Positions 25,145 to 37,510 of a stretch of 64,000 nt of DNA are shown here, piece after piece. Within the stretch, counting starts at the first letter, position 1; each line of letters starts with the position of its first letter. The notes beneath the pieces are model-generated. The model was not told the DNA's origin. It saw nothing but the letters and a program-made list of their open reading frames with translations, and did not search any database. Location of the stretch: NCBI RefSeq assembly GCF_036971445.1, contig NC_091475.1, positions 2,294,001-2,358,000 of the forward strand, read 5' to 3'. The position numbers were made by a program, and so were the translations under genes. The stretch is from Narcine bancroftii. Lineage: Eukaryota.

Positions 25145-26395
25145 CTTCAGAATCAGGATTTATTGTCATGAACAAGTCACGAATGTGTTGTTTTGCAGCA
25201 GCGTTAAAGTGCAAACATTCAGAGAAACCACCTGACAAGAAATAAATATTGTGTATGAAAGGTCAAAGTGAGGCAGTGTTTTTGGTTCATTGGTCATTCA
25301 GGAATCTGATGGCAGCAGGGAAGAAGCTGTCCTTGTGCCGCTGTGTGCTCACCTTTAGGCTTCTGTACCAGAATGAAGAAGGCATGGTCTGGGTGGTGGG
25401 GGTCCTTGAGAATAGAGGCTGCTCTCTGAAGACACTGCCTCTTGTAAATGTCCTCGATGGAGTGAATGGTGCCTGTGGTTCGCAGGCCAAGTTAACAACC
25501 CTCTGGCATTTTTTCTTGTCCTGAGCATTGGCACCTCCATACCAGAGGGTGAAGCAACCACCCAAAATGCTCTCCATGGTACATCTCTAGAAGTCTTTGA
25601 GAATCTTTGGTGACATACCGAATCTCCTCAAATAGCTCACAAATTTTTGCCACTGGCAAGCCTTCTTTTTTTTTAATTTTTTTTTTTTCACACCATAAAT
25701 CACATTAGCCATGATATACACTTTTTCTTTTTCACACATATACTTCTTCTTGATGCATCAACTTGGAGACTTCAGGACAGATGCTCGGAGATTTTGACAG
25801 CCAAGAATTTGAAGTTCTTGACCCTCTCCACTTCTGAACCCTTGAAGAGGACAGGATCAAGCTCACCTGACTACCTCCTGATGTCCACCATCATCTCCTT
25901 GGTTTTGCTAACGTTGAACACAAGGTTGTTTTTGTGTCACCACTCGACAAGCTGATCTATCTTCCACTTTGCCATTTGTGATTCTGCCAACAACCGTGGT
26001 GTCATTGGCAACTTTGTAGATAGCATTGGAATTGTGGCTGGCCACACAGTCACAGGTGTATAGTGAGTAGAGCAGTTGGCTAAGCATGCATCCTTGAGGT
26101 GCACCTGTGTTGATAGTCAGTAAGGAGGAGACACTATTTCTAATTCATACTGACTGTGGTCTTCCATTCAGAAAGTTAAGGATTTATTTATAGAGCGGGG
26201 GCGCAAAGGCCCATGGTTTGGAGCTTCTTGACCAGCACTGAGGGAATAATAGTGTAGAAGGCTGAGCTGTAGTCTATGAAGAGCAGCCATATGTATGAGT
26301 TGCTGTTTTTGAGTTGATCCAAACCTGAGTGGAGAGCCAGTGAGTGATATTGCATTTGCTGTGGAGTGATTGCGACGATCAGCAAATTGCAGTGA
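25145..26395 (-). mobile_element. Rex1/Babar-type LINE (RT to 3' end) with a short A-tailed insert at ~25667-25742
   Basis: LLFIDYSSAFYTIIP, GAPQGC, HKDSFFPAAIRFLN on the minus strand. Confidence 0.82.
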
Positions 26396-27329
26396 AATTA
26401 TATTCTTTATTGTTAATTAGTTTAACACAATTAACCTATAATGAAATAATTTACACATAGAAAGCATTCCATGTCCTCATAATCCATCTCTGGCACTATT
26501 TGACTGTTCATAAGGAGGCTGTTTTGTCTAGCCACTATCCTTGCTGCCAACAAATCCTTAATAACGTTCTCCACCCCTACATCAATCCCCCTGTGGGACT
26601 TGTAATATTATGGAGGGAGGTCTAGAATTTTTTCCCAGCAAAGATGAACAATGATGATCTTTTTGCAGGTTTCTGAACTGATCTGTGTGATTTGAAGGAA
26701 AATTTAGAGATTATGTTACTCCCTTGGAGTTCTGTCCTTGTCCTCTTTAGCTGTAGAGATTGGTTGCCAGTTGAAAGTGTGTAGTTGTTGCACTCTATAC
26801 CACAAAGTGCATTTAAACAATATTCTCTCGGAATGGTGTTTGATGGAGAAATATTTAACCATCACATTTTCTGATTAGTAACTTGTGGATATTTTCTTTT
26901 CTTTTGGTAAATTGCTTTGTTTATACTTCATGTTGGTATATTCAATACTTCCAAATAATTTGTTTCATCAGCCTCACGACTATATCAGCAGGCCAAATCA
27001 TTTTTTCGGTGAAATGCAAATATTTTGATATTTTCCAGAATTGTTTCTATGCTGTTTCACTAGCCCTTCCCATGCTGATCTTCTCATCTAATTTGCTAAT
27101 GTCTTGATTCTTTTTTTTCAGTAGCATCGTGAACTTGAGCTAGAGAAAAGAAACAATACAAGTACAGGAAAATTAGAAAGACAGGTTCTTGCTTCTGATG
27201 TATCATAAATTAGGTCCTGCTGCTTTTTGCCATCTCTTTAATATAGCTTACCAAGTAATTAAAACATAGCATTTTGCTTTTAAACATTTGGAAGAGGTTT
27301 GTCGATTTTTAGTTTATATGGTTTTCTTT

Positions 27330-28965
27330 TAATTGCCTGGTAATCACGGCAAATGTGGCAGGGCATCTAGCAATTCACCATTTATAAAAACAACAACGGC
27401 ACGACTGTCGATGATGATGTTAGGCTGACCGTTTCTTCTCTCGATTTGAGGTGGAAGCACACACTCATTGGCCCCTAACAGTCATGTCCTCACTGTGTAA
27501 GAGCAAGGGTGGTGAACCCAAGGAAAGCTGTTGGCCCCGATGGCATGGCGGACAGGTTGCTGAAGGAGTGTTTGAACCATCTCTCTGAGGTCTTCACAAA
27601 GATTTTCAACAAGTCCCTGCCAAAATCTATCATCCCACCATGCCTAAAGGTTGCTACAATCATTCTACTGCCCAAGAAGAAGGTTATCAAACGTCTCAAC
27701 GATTATCGTCCGGATACTTTAACACAGGTTATTATGAAGTGCTTTGAGAGGCTGGTTTTGCAGCACATTAAAGCCAGTCTCCCATCCATATCAGTTTGCT
27801 TACAGGGCTAATAGGTCTACTGTGGATACTGTTGCCACTCTTCTTCACTAAGCATTGACCAGCTTAGAACAGGGAAGCTATACGAGGTTGTTATTCATAG
27901 ACTTTAGTTCTTCTTTTAATACTGTTATTCCAGGCAAACTGGTTGGTAAACTCACTGACTTAGAATTTTCCAGATCAATTTGTCTATGTATCAAGGACTT
28001 TTTAACAAACCGTTCCCAGACTTTAAAAAATAGACACTCATTATCCCCCTACTCTCACACTTAGCACTGGTTCCCCACAGGGCTATGTGTTGAGCCCAAC
28101 GTTGTATTCCCTTTATACCTGCGACGGTGTCTCAGAGTATTCCTCTAATTCCATCATAAAATTTGCAGATAACATGACTGTCGCTGGGCTCATTTCAAGG
28201 GGTGATGAGTCAAGCTATAGGGATGAAGTCCACAGACTGTCAGTATGGTGCTTGGAAAACAATCTGGTATTGAATTCCTTGAAGATGAGAGAGCTCTTAA
28301 AGGATTTTAGAAGGAACAGTGTGGCCCCAGCTCTGTTGTATATTAATGGGGACTGTGTGGAAAAGGTCACGACTTTTAAGTTTCTGGGAACATATTTGGC
28401 TGAGGATCTTTCTTGGATTATTAATGCCACCGCTATAGTCAAGAACGTACATCAACATCTCCATTTCCTGAGAACACTCAGGAAAATCAATCTACAGGAG
28501 AAGTTATTGATGTCCTTCTATCGCTGCTCTATTGAAAGTGTGCTAACGTACTGCATTCCTGTGTGGTTTGTCAGCAGCAGATAAGAGGGATCTTCAAAGG
28601 GTTATCAAAATGGCCCAGAAGATCATTAGGTGCTGCTTGTTCGCTTTGGAGGATTTATTTCGATCTTGCAGTATTGGAAACCAGCCAATATCCTTAAGGA
28701 CTCTACTCACCCAGGCCATCATTTGTTTGACCCATTATCCTCGGGGAGACGATGTGGGCCCATTAAATCATGGGTGAAGACTCAAGAATAGTTTCTATTT
28801 CAGAGCCATTCAAGAATTAAACTCTGCCAATTGTATTTTGTAGTGTTTTAATGGTACTGCTTTTTTTCTTTTGTTTTTATATGCTCTTATATGTTGTATT
28901 TGTGAGTACCGTGGGTTGTGTTTTTAATTTCAGTGTTTTCTTTCCCAATGACAATAAAGTACTTA
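27330..28965 (+). mobile_element. Rex1/Babar-type LINE, nearly whole RT domain, frameshifted
   Basis: VNPRKAVGPDG, LNDYRP..MKCFERLV, LLFIDFSSSFNT, GSPQG, IKFADNMTV, FYRCSIESVLTYCIPVW; ends GACAATAAAG. Confidence 0.85.
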
Positions 28966-29029
28966 CTTTAAAAAATATAAGTCTCAGCCACCATAATGCT
29001 CACAGTCTCTTTCTTTGCAGATTAAGTTA

Positions 29030-30325
29030 AAGTTCAAAGTTCAAATTTATTGTCAAAAGTACAGAACATTCAACCTGAGATTCTTTTTCCTGTAGGCCAG
29101 GCAGAATTTCTAATTACAAGTAACTGTAAACTGTAAACTACTCAAGAAGAAAGAAATATACACTAAAGAAAGAAATGTAAACAAACTGTGCAACTACATA
29201 AAAATATTCACTAATAATAATGAGTACTGTAAGAGTTCTTAAGTGAGTCTTAGATTGAGTCTGTTGTTCAGGAGTCAAATAGTTTAGGGGTAGCAGCTGA
29301 ATCTGGAGGTATGAGTCCTGTGGTACTTGTACCTCTTTCCTGATGACAGCAGCTAGAACAGAGCATATCCTGGGTGTTGTAGATCAATGATGATCGCTGC
29401 TGCTCTCCGATAGTAATGTTCCATGTAGATGTTCTCAATAGTGGGAAGAGTTTTGCCTGTAATGTACTGGACTATGTCCAATACCTCCTTCATGGCTTTG
29501 CGCTCAAGAGATTTTGGTGCCTCCATACCAGGCCATGATGCAGTTGGTCAGCACACTTTCCACTATGCAACTTTAGGTTTGTCAAGGTTTCCAATGACAC
29601 GCTGAACCTCTGCAAACTACTGAGGAAGTAGAGGCACTGATGTGCTTTCTTCATGATGGCATTAGTATGATAGGTCCAGGAAAGGTCCTCCAATATAGTA
29701 ACATTCATTCAGTAATTTAAATTTGCTCACCCTTTCCACCTGATCCCCAATGATCAGCGGGTAGTTTATGCCTGGTTTTCTCTTTCTAAAGTCTACAACC
29801 AGCTCCTTGGTCTTGGTAACATTGAATTCAATCTCCCTCCTGTCTGGTGACTCATACTCCATTTTTATTCAGCCCATTACTATGGTATTGACAGCAAATT
29901 TGTATATGGTGGCGTTGTCATACCGTGCCTCATGGTCATTGGTGCAAAGTGAAAAGAGCACGGGGTTAAGTACAGTGCTGATGGAGATTGTGGAGATGTT
30001 CTTGGCAATCCACACTGATTGTGGTCTGGAGGTGAGGAAATCCAGGATCCAATTACACAAGCTCCAGGTCTTGGTGTTTGCTGATCAGTTTTGGGGGGAT
30101 AATTATGTTGAATGCCAAACTGTAACCAATAAGGATCCTGATATATGCTTCTTTGGTGGCCAGGTGTTCCAGGGCTTTGTCTAGAGCCAGTGAGGTGGCA
30201 TCTGCTTTAGACCAGTTACTGCGGTAGGCAAACTGGAATGGTTCCATGTCTCTGCTCAGATAGAGCTGATATGCATCAACATGAGCCTCTCAAAACACTT
30301 CATGGCTGTGGATATGACTGGTTCT
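29030..30325 (-). mobile_element. Rex1/Babar-type LINE fragment
   Basis: QFAYRSNWS, CNWILDFLTSRPQSV, FNVTKTKELVVDFRK; tail CAATAAATTTGAACTTTGAAC on the minus strand. Confidence 0.8.
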
Positions 30326-30514
30326 TTCTTTCTAAAATATTTTTATTGAGTTTAACATAAATCCTAAATTCAAAGTCCTCTAATAAAACAAATAATAGTT
30401 CACATCATATACATATCACAAATTAATATAAATGTAAATCAAAAAAACCTATCCATATTTATTTATTTAACAATATTTCTTAAAAATAATTCTCAATAAA
30501 ATTCAGGTGAACTA

Positions 30515-30878
30515 CAGTGGTTCTCAACCTTTTTCTTTCCACTCACATACCACTTTAAGTATGCCACAAGTGCTCTGTGATTAGTAAGGGATTGCTGAAG
30601 GTGGTATGTGAGAGGGAAGGGAAGGTTGAGAATCACTGCTCTACAGTTAATAGTTACTGAAATATTTTGCTTGAAAAAATTGTCATTAATCCATTTCATT
30701 TGGCATTATGTAACTGTGCACATAACGAGTCAATGAGGTACGATTAAAACAGTGGCTTTCAAACTTTTTTTTTCCACTCACATACTACTTTAAGTAATCC
30801 CTTACTAATCATAGAGCACCTCTGGCATAGGATTGATTAAGGTGCAATGTGAATTTGGGGACAGTTTGAAAACCACTA
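30515..30878. mobile_element. Composite hAT-type MITE (two palindromic units plus spacer)
   Basis: CAGTGGTTCTCAACC...GGTTGAGAATCACTG, spacer, CAGTGGCTTTCAAAC...GTTTGAAAACCACTA. Reverse-orientation relative of 35936-36295. Confidence 0.75.
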
Positions 30879-30969
30879 GTCTAAACAAAGGGTAAATTCT
30901 GTCTAACTTCGTATGATCTATGACAACCATAATTAAACCCATATTAACAAGTTAATCTAAAAAAAGAAT

Positions 30970-31074
30970 GTGCTCACTTCAGCGGCACATAGACTAAAAT
31001 TGGAATGATACAGAGAAGTTTAGCATGGCCCCTGCACAAGGATGACACGCAAATTTGTGAAGCATTCCATAGTT
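30970..31074 (+). pseudogene. RNU6: U6 snRNA retro-pseudogene
   Basis: Full-length match to U6 (GTGCTC.CTTC.GC.GCACATA.ACTAAAATTGGAA.GATACAGAGAAG.TTAGCATGGCCCCTGC.CAAGGATGACACGCAAATT.GTGAAGC.TTCCATA) with about 10 substitutions, six of them CpG transitions. A-rich tail replaces the T-run terminator. Confidence 0.92.
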
Positions 31075-32134
31075 AAAAATAAATAAATAGAATGCAAAAA
31101 GAGAAAAAAACCTAAAACTAGATCAACTCTATCACCTCCCTGTAATCAAGGTTTACCTTACAGAAAAAGATGTAAAGATATGGATCAAATTGTGACCTTC
31201 AGAAACTAGAAAGTGAATCACCAGAACAACGAAACTTCTTAAATCTTCCGATCATGATAGTATCCTATGAATGGACCCCACATCTTTTCAAATTGAAACT
31301 TTCTATATTTAATATTGTATCTAATTTTTCCAAGCTTAAATAGTACATTACATCATGTAATCACTGTGTATGAGTAGGTGATGAGTCACCTTTAGTGCCA
31401 ATGGTTGTTAGTCATTTAGACAGGTTATCGCTGGAGTTTTTATTCCCTCGTGGTCTCCGTTTATGTAGTCCTCCCATAGCCATTCAAAATGCTCCTATTG
31501 CAGACACTTGGAAGACAGAAATGTACTTCCTGAGTCAACATCCATATTTATATTTATCTCCAGACACCTGTCAAATCTCTCTTGCTCGCTTCCATTCCCT
31601 TTAATACTCCCACATAGATTACAAACACTTCTACAATTGTGGTATTCTACATTCTAACCACAATTTTTTAAAAATCACCTCGGGACATGTGTAAATGTAT
31701 GTGCATATATTAATTTTGGTCTCTCTCAATTTATGTCTACAAAGAACCATGGCATTCTCTGTCACAGGTATAAAAACGGTGCTTTAAATTTTTTTTGCTT
31801 AAAGGTAATGGGACTAGATGAACTAGTTTTTTCCACTTTAGAGGTAATTTAGGGTAATTTTATTATGCTGACATTTTGGTGTTGCTAAGACAAAGAATGG
31901 GATATTGACAATTTATCAGAAAATCCCAGAAAAATTCAGTCTGCATGTGGGGAAAGAAACTGAGTTAATGTTTCAGGCTGAAATTTCTTTATCAGATCAC
32001 TCAATTAAAATCAACTTTTTAAGCTCTTTTATCCCTCCCCACAGATGCAGTCTGACGTGCTGAGCATTTCAAACATTTTCTGTTAATTTAGATTTGCAGT
32101 ACCTTATTTTTATTTCCATCAACAGAATATAATT

Positions 32135-32490
32135 AGCATCTAACAATTACAGCACAAAAACAGGCCATTTTGGCTCTTTTCGCCCACACCGAACCCAGTC
32201 CTCTCCTCTAGTCCCACCTACCTGCACCTTGCCCATAACCCTCCATTCCCCTCCCATCCATATACCTATCCAATTATTCTTTAAATGACAAAATAGACCC
32301 TGTCACGACTACTTCTCCCGGAAGCACATTCCATACAATTACGACGTTACTTCTAAATTTTTGCCCCTTAACTCTTACCTCATGACCTCTTGTTTCAATC
32401 TCTCCTACCCTGAAGGGAAAAACCTATCCACATCAACTCTATCTATCCCCCTCATAATCTTAAATACTTCTATCAAATCTCCCCATATTC
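32135..32490 (-). mobile_element. CR1-type LINE 3' end
   Basis: Reverse complement gives GDLIEVFKIMRGIDRVD; similar to 40920-41080 and 44500-44660. Confidence 0.7.
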
Positions 32491-33051
32491 TGTGGCCCAC
32501 CAGTGGGCCAGGGCCCACCAGTTTAGAACCACTGGATGTATCGGATCATTCACAGACCTCTTGAATGGCAGAGCAAGCTGAAAGGGCCATATGGTCCACA
32601 GCTTTTCCTATTACTTATGTTAGTAAGATCCTCAAGAAAGTAAAATGACAAGCGAGGGTCAAAGGAAACCTTTCTACCAAGAGATTAGTGAGAATATGGA
32701 ACCTGCAATAAGGAGAAAATTGAGGCAAAAAAATTACAAATAGATATTGAGACAATGATAAATATCAAGGGCTTATTTCCTTTTGAGGGCATCTAAAGCC
32801 ACAAAGCAGTTTCATAACACCTGTACTGGACAAAGCCACCTATTTAAGCCAGCAAATATTTTTTTTTTATTCCCCCCCCTCTATCTCAGAGGTTGCATGT
32901 TCTCCACATGAGATGTGTGGTAATGTAATTGTTGAACTAGATTATTCAAGGACAGGACAAACTATTTTTTTGTTCCATAGGAGCTATGGAGAACAAGTAA
33001 GAAAGCAGACCTTTGGCCAAGATCAGATCAGCTAGAGTTTGGTACAATATA

Positions 33052-34601
33052 TCTCTTTGGCTTGGCTTCGCGGATGAAGATTTATGGAGAGGTAATGTCC
33101 ACGTCAGCTGCAGGCTTGTTTGTGGCTGACAAGTCCGATGCGGGACAGGCAGACACGGTTGCAGCGGTTGCAAGGGAAAATTGGTTGGTTGGGTTGGGTG
33201 TTGGGTTTTTCCTCCTTTGTCTTTTGTCAGTGAGGTGGGCTCTGCGGTCTTCTTCAAAGGAGGTTGCTGCCCGCCGAACTGTGAGGCGCCAAGATGCACG
33301 GTTTGAGGTGATATCAGCCCACTGGCGGTGGTCAATGTGGTAGGCACAAAGAGATTTCTTGAGGCAGTCCTTGTACCTCTTCTTTGGTGCACCTCTGTCT
33401 CGGTGGCCAGTGGAGAGTTCGCCATATAACACGATCTTGGGAAGGCGATGGTCCTCCATTCTGGAGACGTGACCAGTACAGTTAGCGCAGTTGGATCTTC
33501 AGCAGCGTGGATTCGATGCTGTCAGTTAGCGCAGTTAGATCTTCAGCAGCGTGGATTCGATGCTGTCGGCCTCTGCCATCTCGAGTACTTCTATGTTGGT
33601 GATGAAGTCGCTCCAATGAATGTTGAGGATGGAGTGGAGACAACGCTGGTGGAAGCGTTCTAGGAGCCATAGGTGATGCCGGTAGAGGACCCATGATTCG
33701 GATCCCAACAGGAGCGTGGGTATGACAACGGCTCTGTATACACTAATTTTTGTGAGGTTTTTCAGTTGGTTGTTTTTCCACTCATTTGTGTAGTCTTCCA
33801 AAGGCGCTATTTGCCTTGGCAAGTCTATTGTCTATCTCGTTGTCGATCCTTGCATCCGATGAAATGGTGCAGCCGAGGTAGGTAAACTGGTTGACCTTTT
33901 TGAGTTTTGTGTGCCCGATGGAGATGTGGGGGGGGCTGGTTGTCATGGTGGGGAGCTGTCTGATGGAGGATCTCAGTTTTCTTCAGGCTGACTTCCAGGC
34001 CAAACATTTTGGCAGTTTCCGCAAAACAGGGCGTCATGAGCTGGAGAGCTGGCTCTGAATGGGCAACTAAAGTGGCATCGTCTGCAAAGAGTAGTTCACG
34101 GACAAGTTGCTCTTGTGTCTTGGTGTGAGCTTGCAGGCGCCTCAGATTGAAGAGACTGCCATCCGTGCGGTACCGGATGTAAACAGCGTCTTCATTGTTG
34201 AGGTCTTTCATGGCTTGTTTCAGCATCATGCTGAAGAAGATTGAAAAGAGGGTTGGTGCGAGAACGCAGCCTTGCTTCACGCCATTGTTAATGGAGAAGG
34301 GTTCGGAGAGCTCATTGCTGTATCTGACCTGACCTTGTTGGTTTTCGTGCAGTTGGATAACCATGGTGAAGAACTTGGGGGGGGGGGGGGGGGCATCCGA
34401 TGCGCTCTAGTATTTGCCAAAGCCCTTTCCTGCTCACAGTGTCGAAGGCTTTGGTGAGGTCAACAAAGGTGATGTAGAGTCCTTTGTTTTGTTCCCTGCT
34501 CTTTTCTTGGAGCTGTCTGATTGCAAAGACCATGTCAGTAGTTCCTCTGTTTGCGCGAAAGCCGCACTGTGATTCTGGGAGAACATTTTCGGCGACACTA
34601 G
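33052..34601 (-). mobile_element. RTE-clade LINE, 5'-truncated, relatively young
   Basis: ESQCGFR, FVDLTKAFDTV, GVKQGCVLAPTLF, LLFADD, MEDHRLPKIVLYGEL..RGAPKKRYKDCLK; 3' end GAAGCCAAGCCAAAGA. A few frameshifts. Confidence 0.9.
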
Positions 34602-35139
34602 TAAATCATACCATTCTGGAGACACCGTGATTGAAGTAAAACCACAAAATGCTGGAGGAGCTCAGCAGGTCAGACAGTGCAGCAAAGGTAAAGAGACAGA
34701 ACTGACGTTTCAGGCTTAAGCCTTTCAAAGTATGAGAGAATACCAGCAGGCGTCCAAACAAAGAGTTAGGGAGGTGGGGGGTAAGAGGGGTGGGAAAGGC
34801 AGGAGGAGATGGTAGGTGGAGAAAGGAGGGAGGGGACAGCAGCAATGAGTGGAAAGGAGGTATGGCTTTGCATGTATAATCTACGCTTTTTGAGAGAGAG
34901 AGAGAGAGAACGAGTAATATTGTTTAATAAATAGAAGGGTCTCGGAGGGGGAGTGTGAGCCGTTCCTTCGGGCGTCCAGCAATCTCAGTGCCCGTGGGAA
35001 GAAGCTGTTGCTCAGCCTTGGTGCCCCTGGATTCTCTCTCTTGCCCTGAGAGGAGCAGCTGCAAGAGGCTGAGCCCAGCAGGGGCTGAAGTTGCTGCCCC
35101 CTCCCTTTGGTTGAGATTGTTAGTGGGAGGACGGGATGG

Positions 35140-35530
35140 AGTTTTACCAGCAAGTGGCCCTGCCTCGGCTGCGCTTTCGCCTTTGGCGGCCTCCGGGCCG
35201 ATGAGACACCGCGAACACCCAGGCGAGCTCGACCGGCCAGACCCGCCATTTCGGGCGCGCGTCCGACGTCCAGCGCCAACTGTGATTGGCTGCCTGACGC
35301 GCCCTCCCCCCCCACCTGCCGGGGGGGGGCCCTCACGTGACCTGACGCCACGGTCACCGAGGAGATCGCGGCGCTCGGGCTGACGCGCGGGTGAGTGACG
35401 TATTTGTCGATGGAGCGAGACCCGTCCCCGAGGAAGATGGCCGATGAGGACGAGGAGCCGGCGGTGAGTCAGGGGCCGTTCAGAGAGCGCTGTGATGGAG
35501 GCGGCGGCCGCTGCAGTGCCCAGAGACAGC
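35140..35530. promoter_or_regulatory. TAF13: CpG-island promoter of TAF13 (possibly bidirectional)
   Basis: GC/CpG-rich island in an AT-rich background. CCGCCATTT (YY1-like, 35243), ATTGG (NF-Y, 35285), TCACGTGAC E-box (35333), four TGACG half-CRE sites (35296-35400), and AAGATGGCCG over the ATG. Confidence 0.8.
35437..35463 (+). CDS. TAF13: TFIID subunit 13, exon 1
   Basis: ATG GCC GAT GAG GAC GAG GAG CCG GCG|gtgagt = MADEDEEPA (human MADEEEDPT). Confidence 0.9.
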
Positions 35531-35659
35531 AAGGGCGGCTCCAACAGGGGAAAGTGTTGTCGACGTGCCCCCCCCTCTACCCCCCCCACCCCACCCACCC
35601 ACCACAAACAGTACCTGTTTCTGGTTCCCCTCAGATAATTTTATGTGAATCTCCAAAGT

Positions 35660-35836
35660 CAATGATTATGTTTCTCAAGCAAAATATTTCAATAACAATG
35701 GGGTCTGGACCAGTGATTCTCAACTTTCTCTTCCCACTCACCTCCCACCTTAAGCCATCCCTTACTAATCACAGAGCATCTATGGCATAGGTGAGTTAGG
35801 TGGGGGGGGGGGGGGGGAACAGTTTGAAAACCACTG
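35660..35836. mobile_element. Partial copy of the composite hAT MITE
   Basis: Spacer TTTCTCAAGCAAAATATTTCA..GGGTCTGGAC followed by unit CAGTGATTCTCAAC...GTTTGAAAACCACTG. Confidence 0.65.
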
Positions 35837-35935
35837 ATTTACAATGTAACATGCATGAAATACTTTTTAACTTTTGGCTACTGTAAGGCAGCCACTTTCT
35901 CCAGCATACTATTGCAGTCCACTAGGCAAGTAACT

Positions 35936-36295
35936 CAGTGGTTCTCAACCTTTTTCTTTCCACTCACTTACCACCTATGCCATAGGTGTTCTGTGATTAA
36001 AGGATTGCTTAAGGTGGGATGTGGATGGAAATAAAAAGTTTGAAACCCACTGTTTTAATCGTCCCTCATTGACTCGTAATATGCACAGTTTCATCACTCC
36101 AAAGGAAATGGGCCAATGACAATTTTTCTCAAGCAAAATATTTCAGTAACAATTGGGTCTAGAGCAGTGATTCTCGACCTTCCCTTCCCACTCACATACC
36201 CCCTTAAGCAAACCCTTACTCATCACAGAGCACTAATGGCATAGGGATTACTTAACATGGTATGTGTGTGGAAAGAAAAAGGTTGAGAACCACTA
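35936..36295. mobile_element. Composite hAT-type MITE with 8-bp TSD
   Basis: TIR CAGTGGTTCTCAACCTTTTTCTTTCCAC / GTGGAAAGAAAAAGGTTGAGAACCACTA; TSD AAGTAACT at 35928-35935 and 36296-36303. Confidence 0.85.
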
Positions 36296-37411
36296 AAGTA
36301 ACTATTGTGCGTGTGGTAAATGAAACCACTGAGTGCTGGTGTTGAGAATGAAAGTTTAGACTGGTGGATGGGGTATCATTCAAGAAGAAGGTTTTCCTCT
36401 GGATGATATAGTTATCTCTGTGAACTGTTGGATGCAGTCACACAAGGATGTAAGAAAATAGAGGTAGGAGTAGGCCACCAGACTCCTTTCAGCATTCTCT
36501 GCCATTCAATATAATCATAGCTGATCTCTATTTCTCCTATTTTCTGCCATTTCTTCATAGACCTCTGTTTCATGATCTTTCAAATATTTATCTATCTCTA
36601 GCTTAAATATTTGTAATGATCTGGACTGCATCATCTGAGGATAGAGAGTTCTAGAGATTCACTACTTTTCAGTTTAAAATGACTTGTGAGCACTGCAATG
36701 ACATCTTCCATTATTTTGAGAGTATTTTGATTGGTGGTGGTTAGTTGAATGGATTTGTCCTGGTTTTTTTATGAACAAGACATTTGGGTCATTCTTTGCT
36801 GTGAAGGTTGGAATCTGCATCGAGTTTATAGTCAGGTAACGTGCAGTCCAAAACAGCTATCTGTTTTTGAAATATAGGGAATGGATTTGATGGTCACAGT
36901 CTTTTTTTTAATGTGCCTGAATTATTGATTAAAGGGTTCCCAACCATTTCTATCCATGGATGCTGCTTGATCTGCTGAGTCCCTCCAACTTCTCATCGTT
37001 TGCTCAAGATCCCAGCATCTTCAGTTATGGTATATGTTAGGATTTGTGTGGCAAAGTGTGGACTAGGAAACTCCTGGATAGTTGGAGGAGTTTCTCCTTG
37101 CTGCTCTGTATAGATCCATATTTAATGGATCTTGAACTACTGGGGATGAAAAAGTGTGCTATAGTAGTGTGGTGCTATAAATGTGCAGCATTGGATGAAC
37201 TTGACCCAAAAAATGTTTCTCGTAAATGTTTGCAAATCCATATCTTGATTTTCAGCTATATTTTGGTGAGTAATCTATATGACCTCTCATAGTTGCAGCT
37301 CTAGGAAATGCAAAACAATTATTTCATAAAGTACTTTAGCAATGTCTCCATACTTATATGGTTGCAAGAGCCAAGGGAAAGTGTAATCTGAGGTTTTTTT
37401 TTGCATTATAG

Positions 37412-37490
37412 TTTGATGAAGATGTGGAAGAAAGTGGAAGTGGTGCAGAGGGTGGACAAGGAAGGAGAAAAAGATTATTTTCTAAGGAAT
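37412..37490 (+). CDS. TAF13: TFIID subunit 13, exon 2
   Basis: ttgcattatag|FDEDVEESGSGAEGGQGRRKRLFSKE|gtaagt; 79 nt. Confidence 0.95.
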
Positions 37491-37510
37491 GTAAGTCAAT
37501 TCTGCTAAAG

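Larger units (their letters stand above)
30335..31700 (-). mobile_element. Decayed L1-like 3' remnant interrupted by a MITE and a U6 retrocopy
   Basis: T-rich tail with TTTATT at ~30343. Minus-strand KLEKIRY...WGPF-like C-terminal remnant at ~31270-31340. Confidence 0.45.

Noticed and set aside
34376-34393. Long G/C homopolymers (also 35801, 58561, 58896) as functional G-quadruplexes
   Set aside because: Mostly slippage expansions inside repeats (the sister RTE has G8) and prone to sequencing error.
34924-35607. 227-aa and other overlapping long ORFs over the CpG island
   Set aside because: Stop-poor GC-rich DNA with non-ATG starts and no recognisable domain. The downstream part (RLSNSFFPRALRLL frame) is a Rex1-type LINE tail.
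35395-35790. 131-aa ORF containing MADEDEEPA
   Set aside because: Only 27 nt is TAF13 exon 1; the rest is intron read-through into a MITE.
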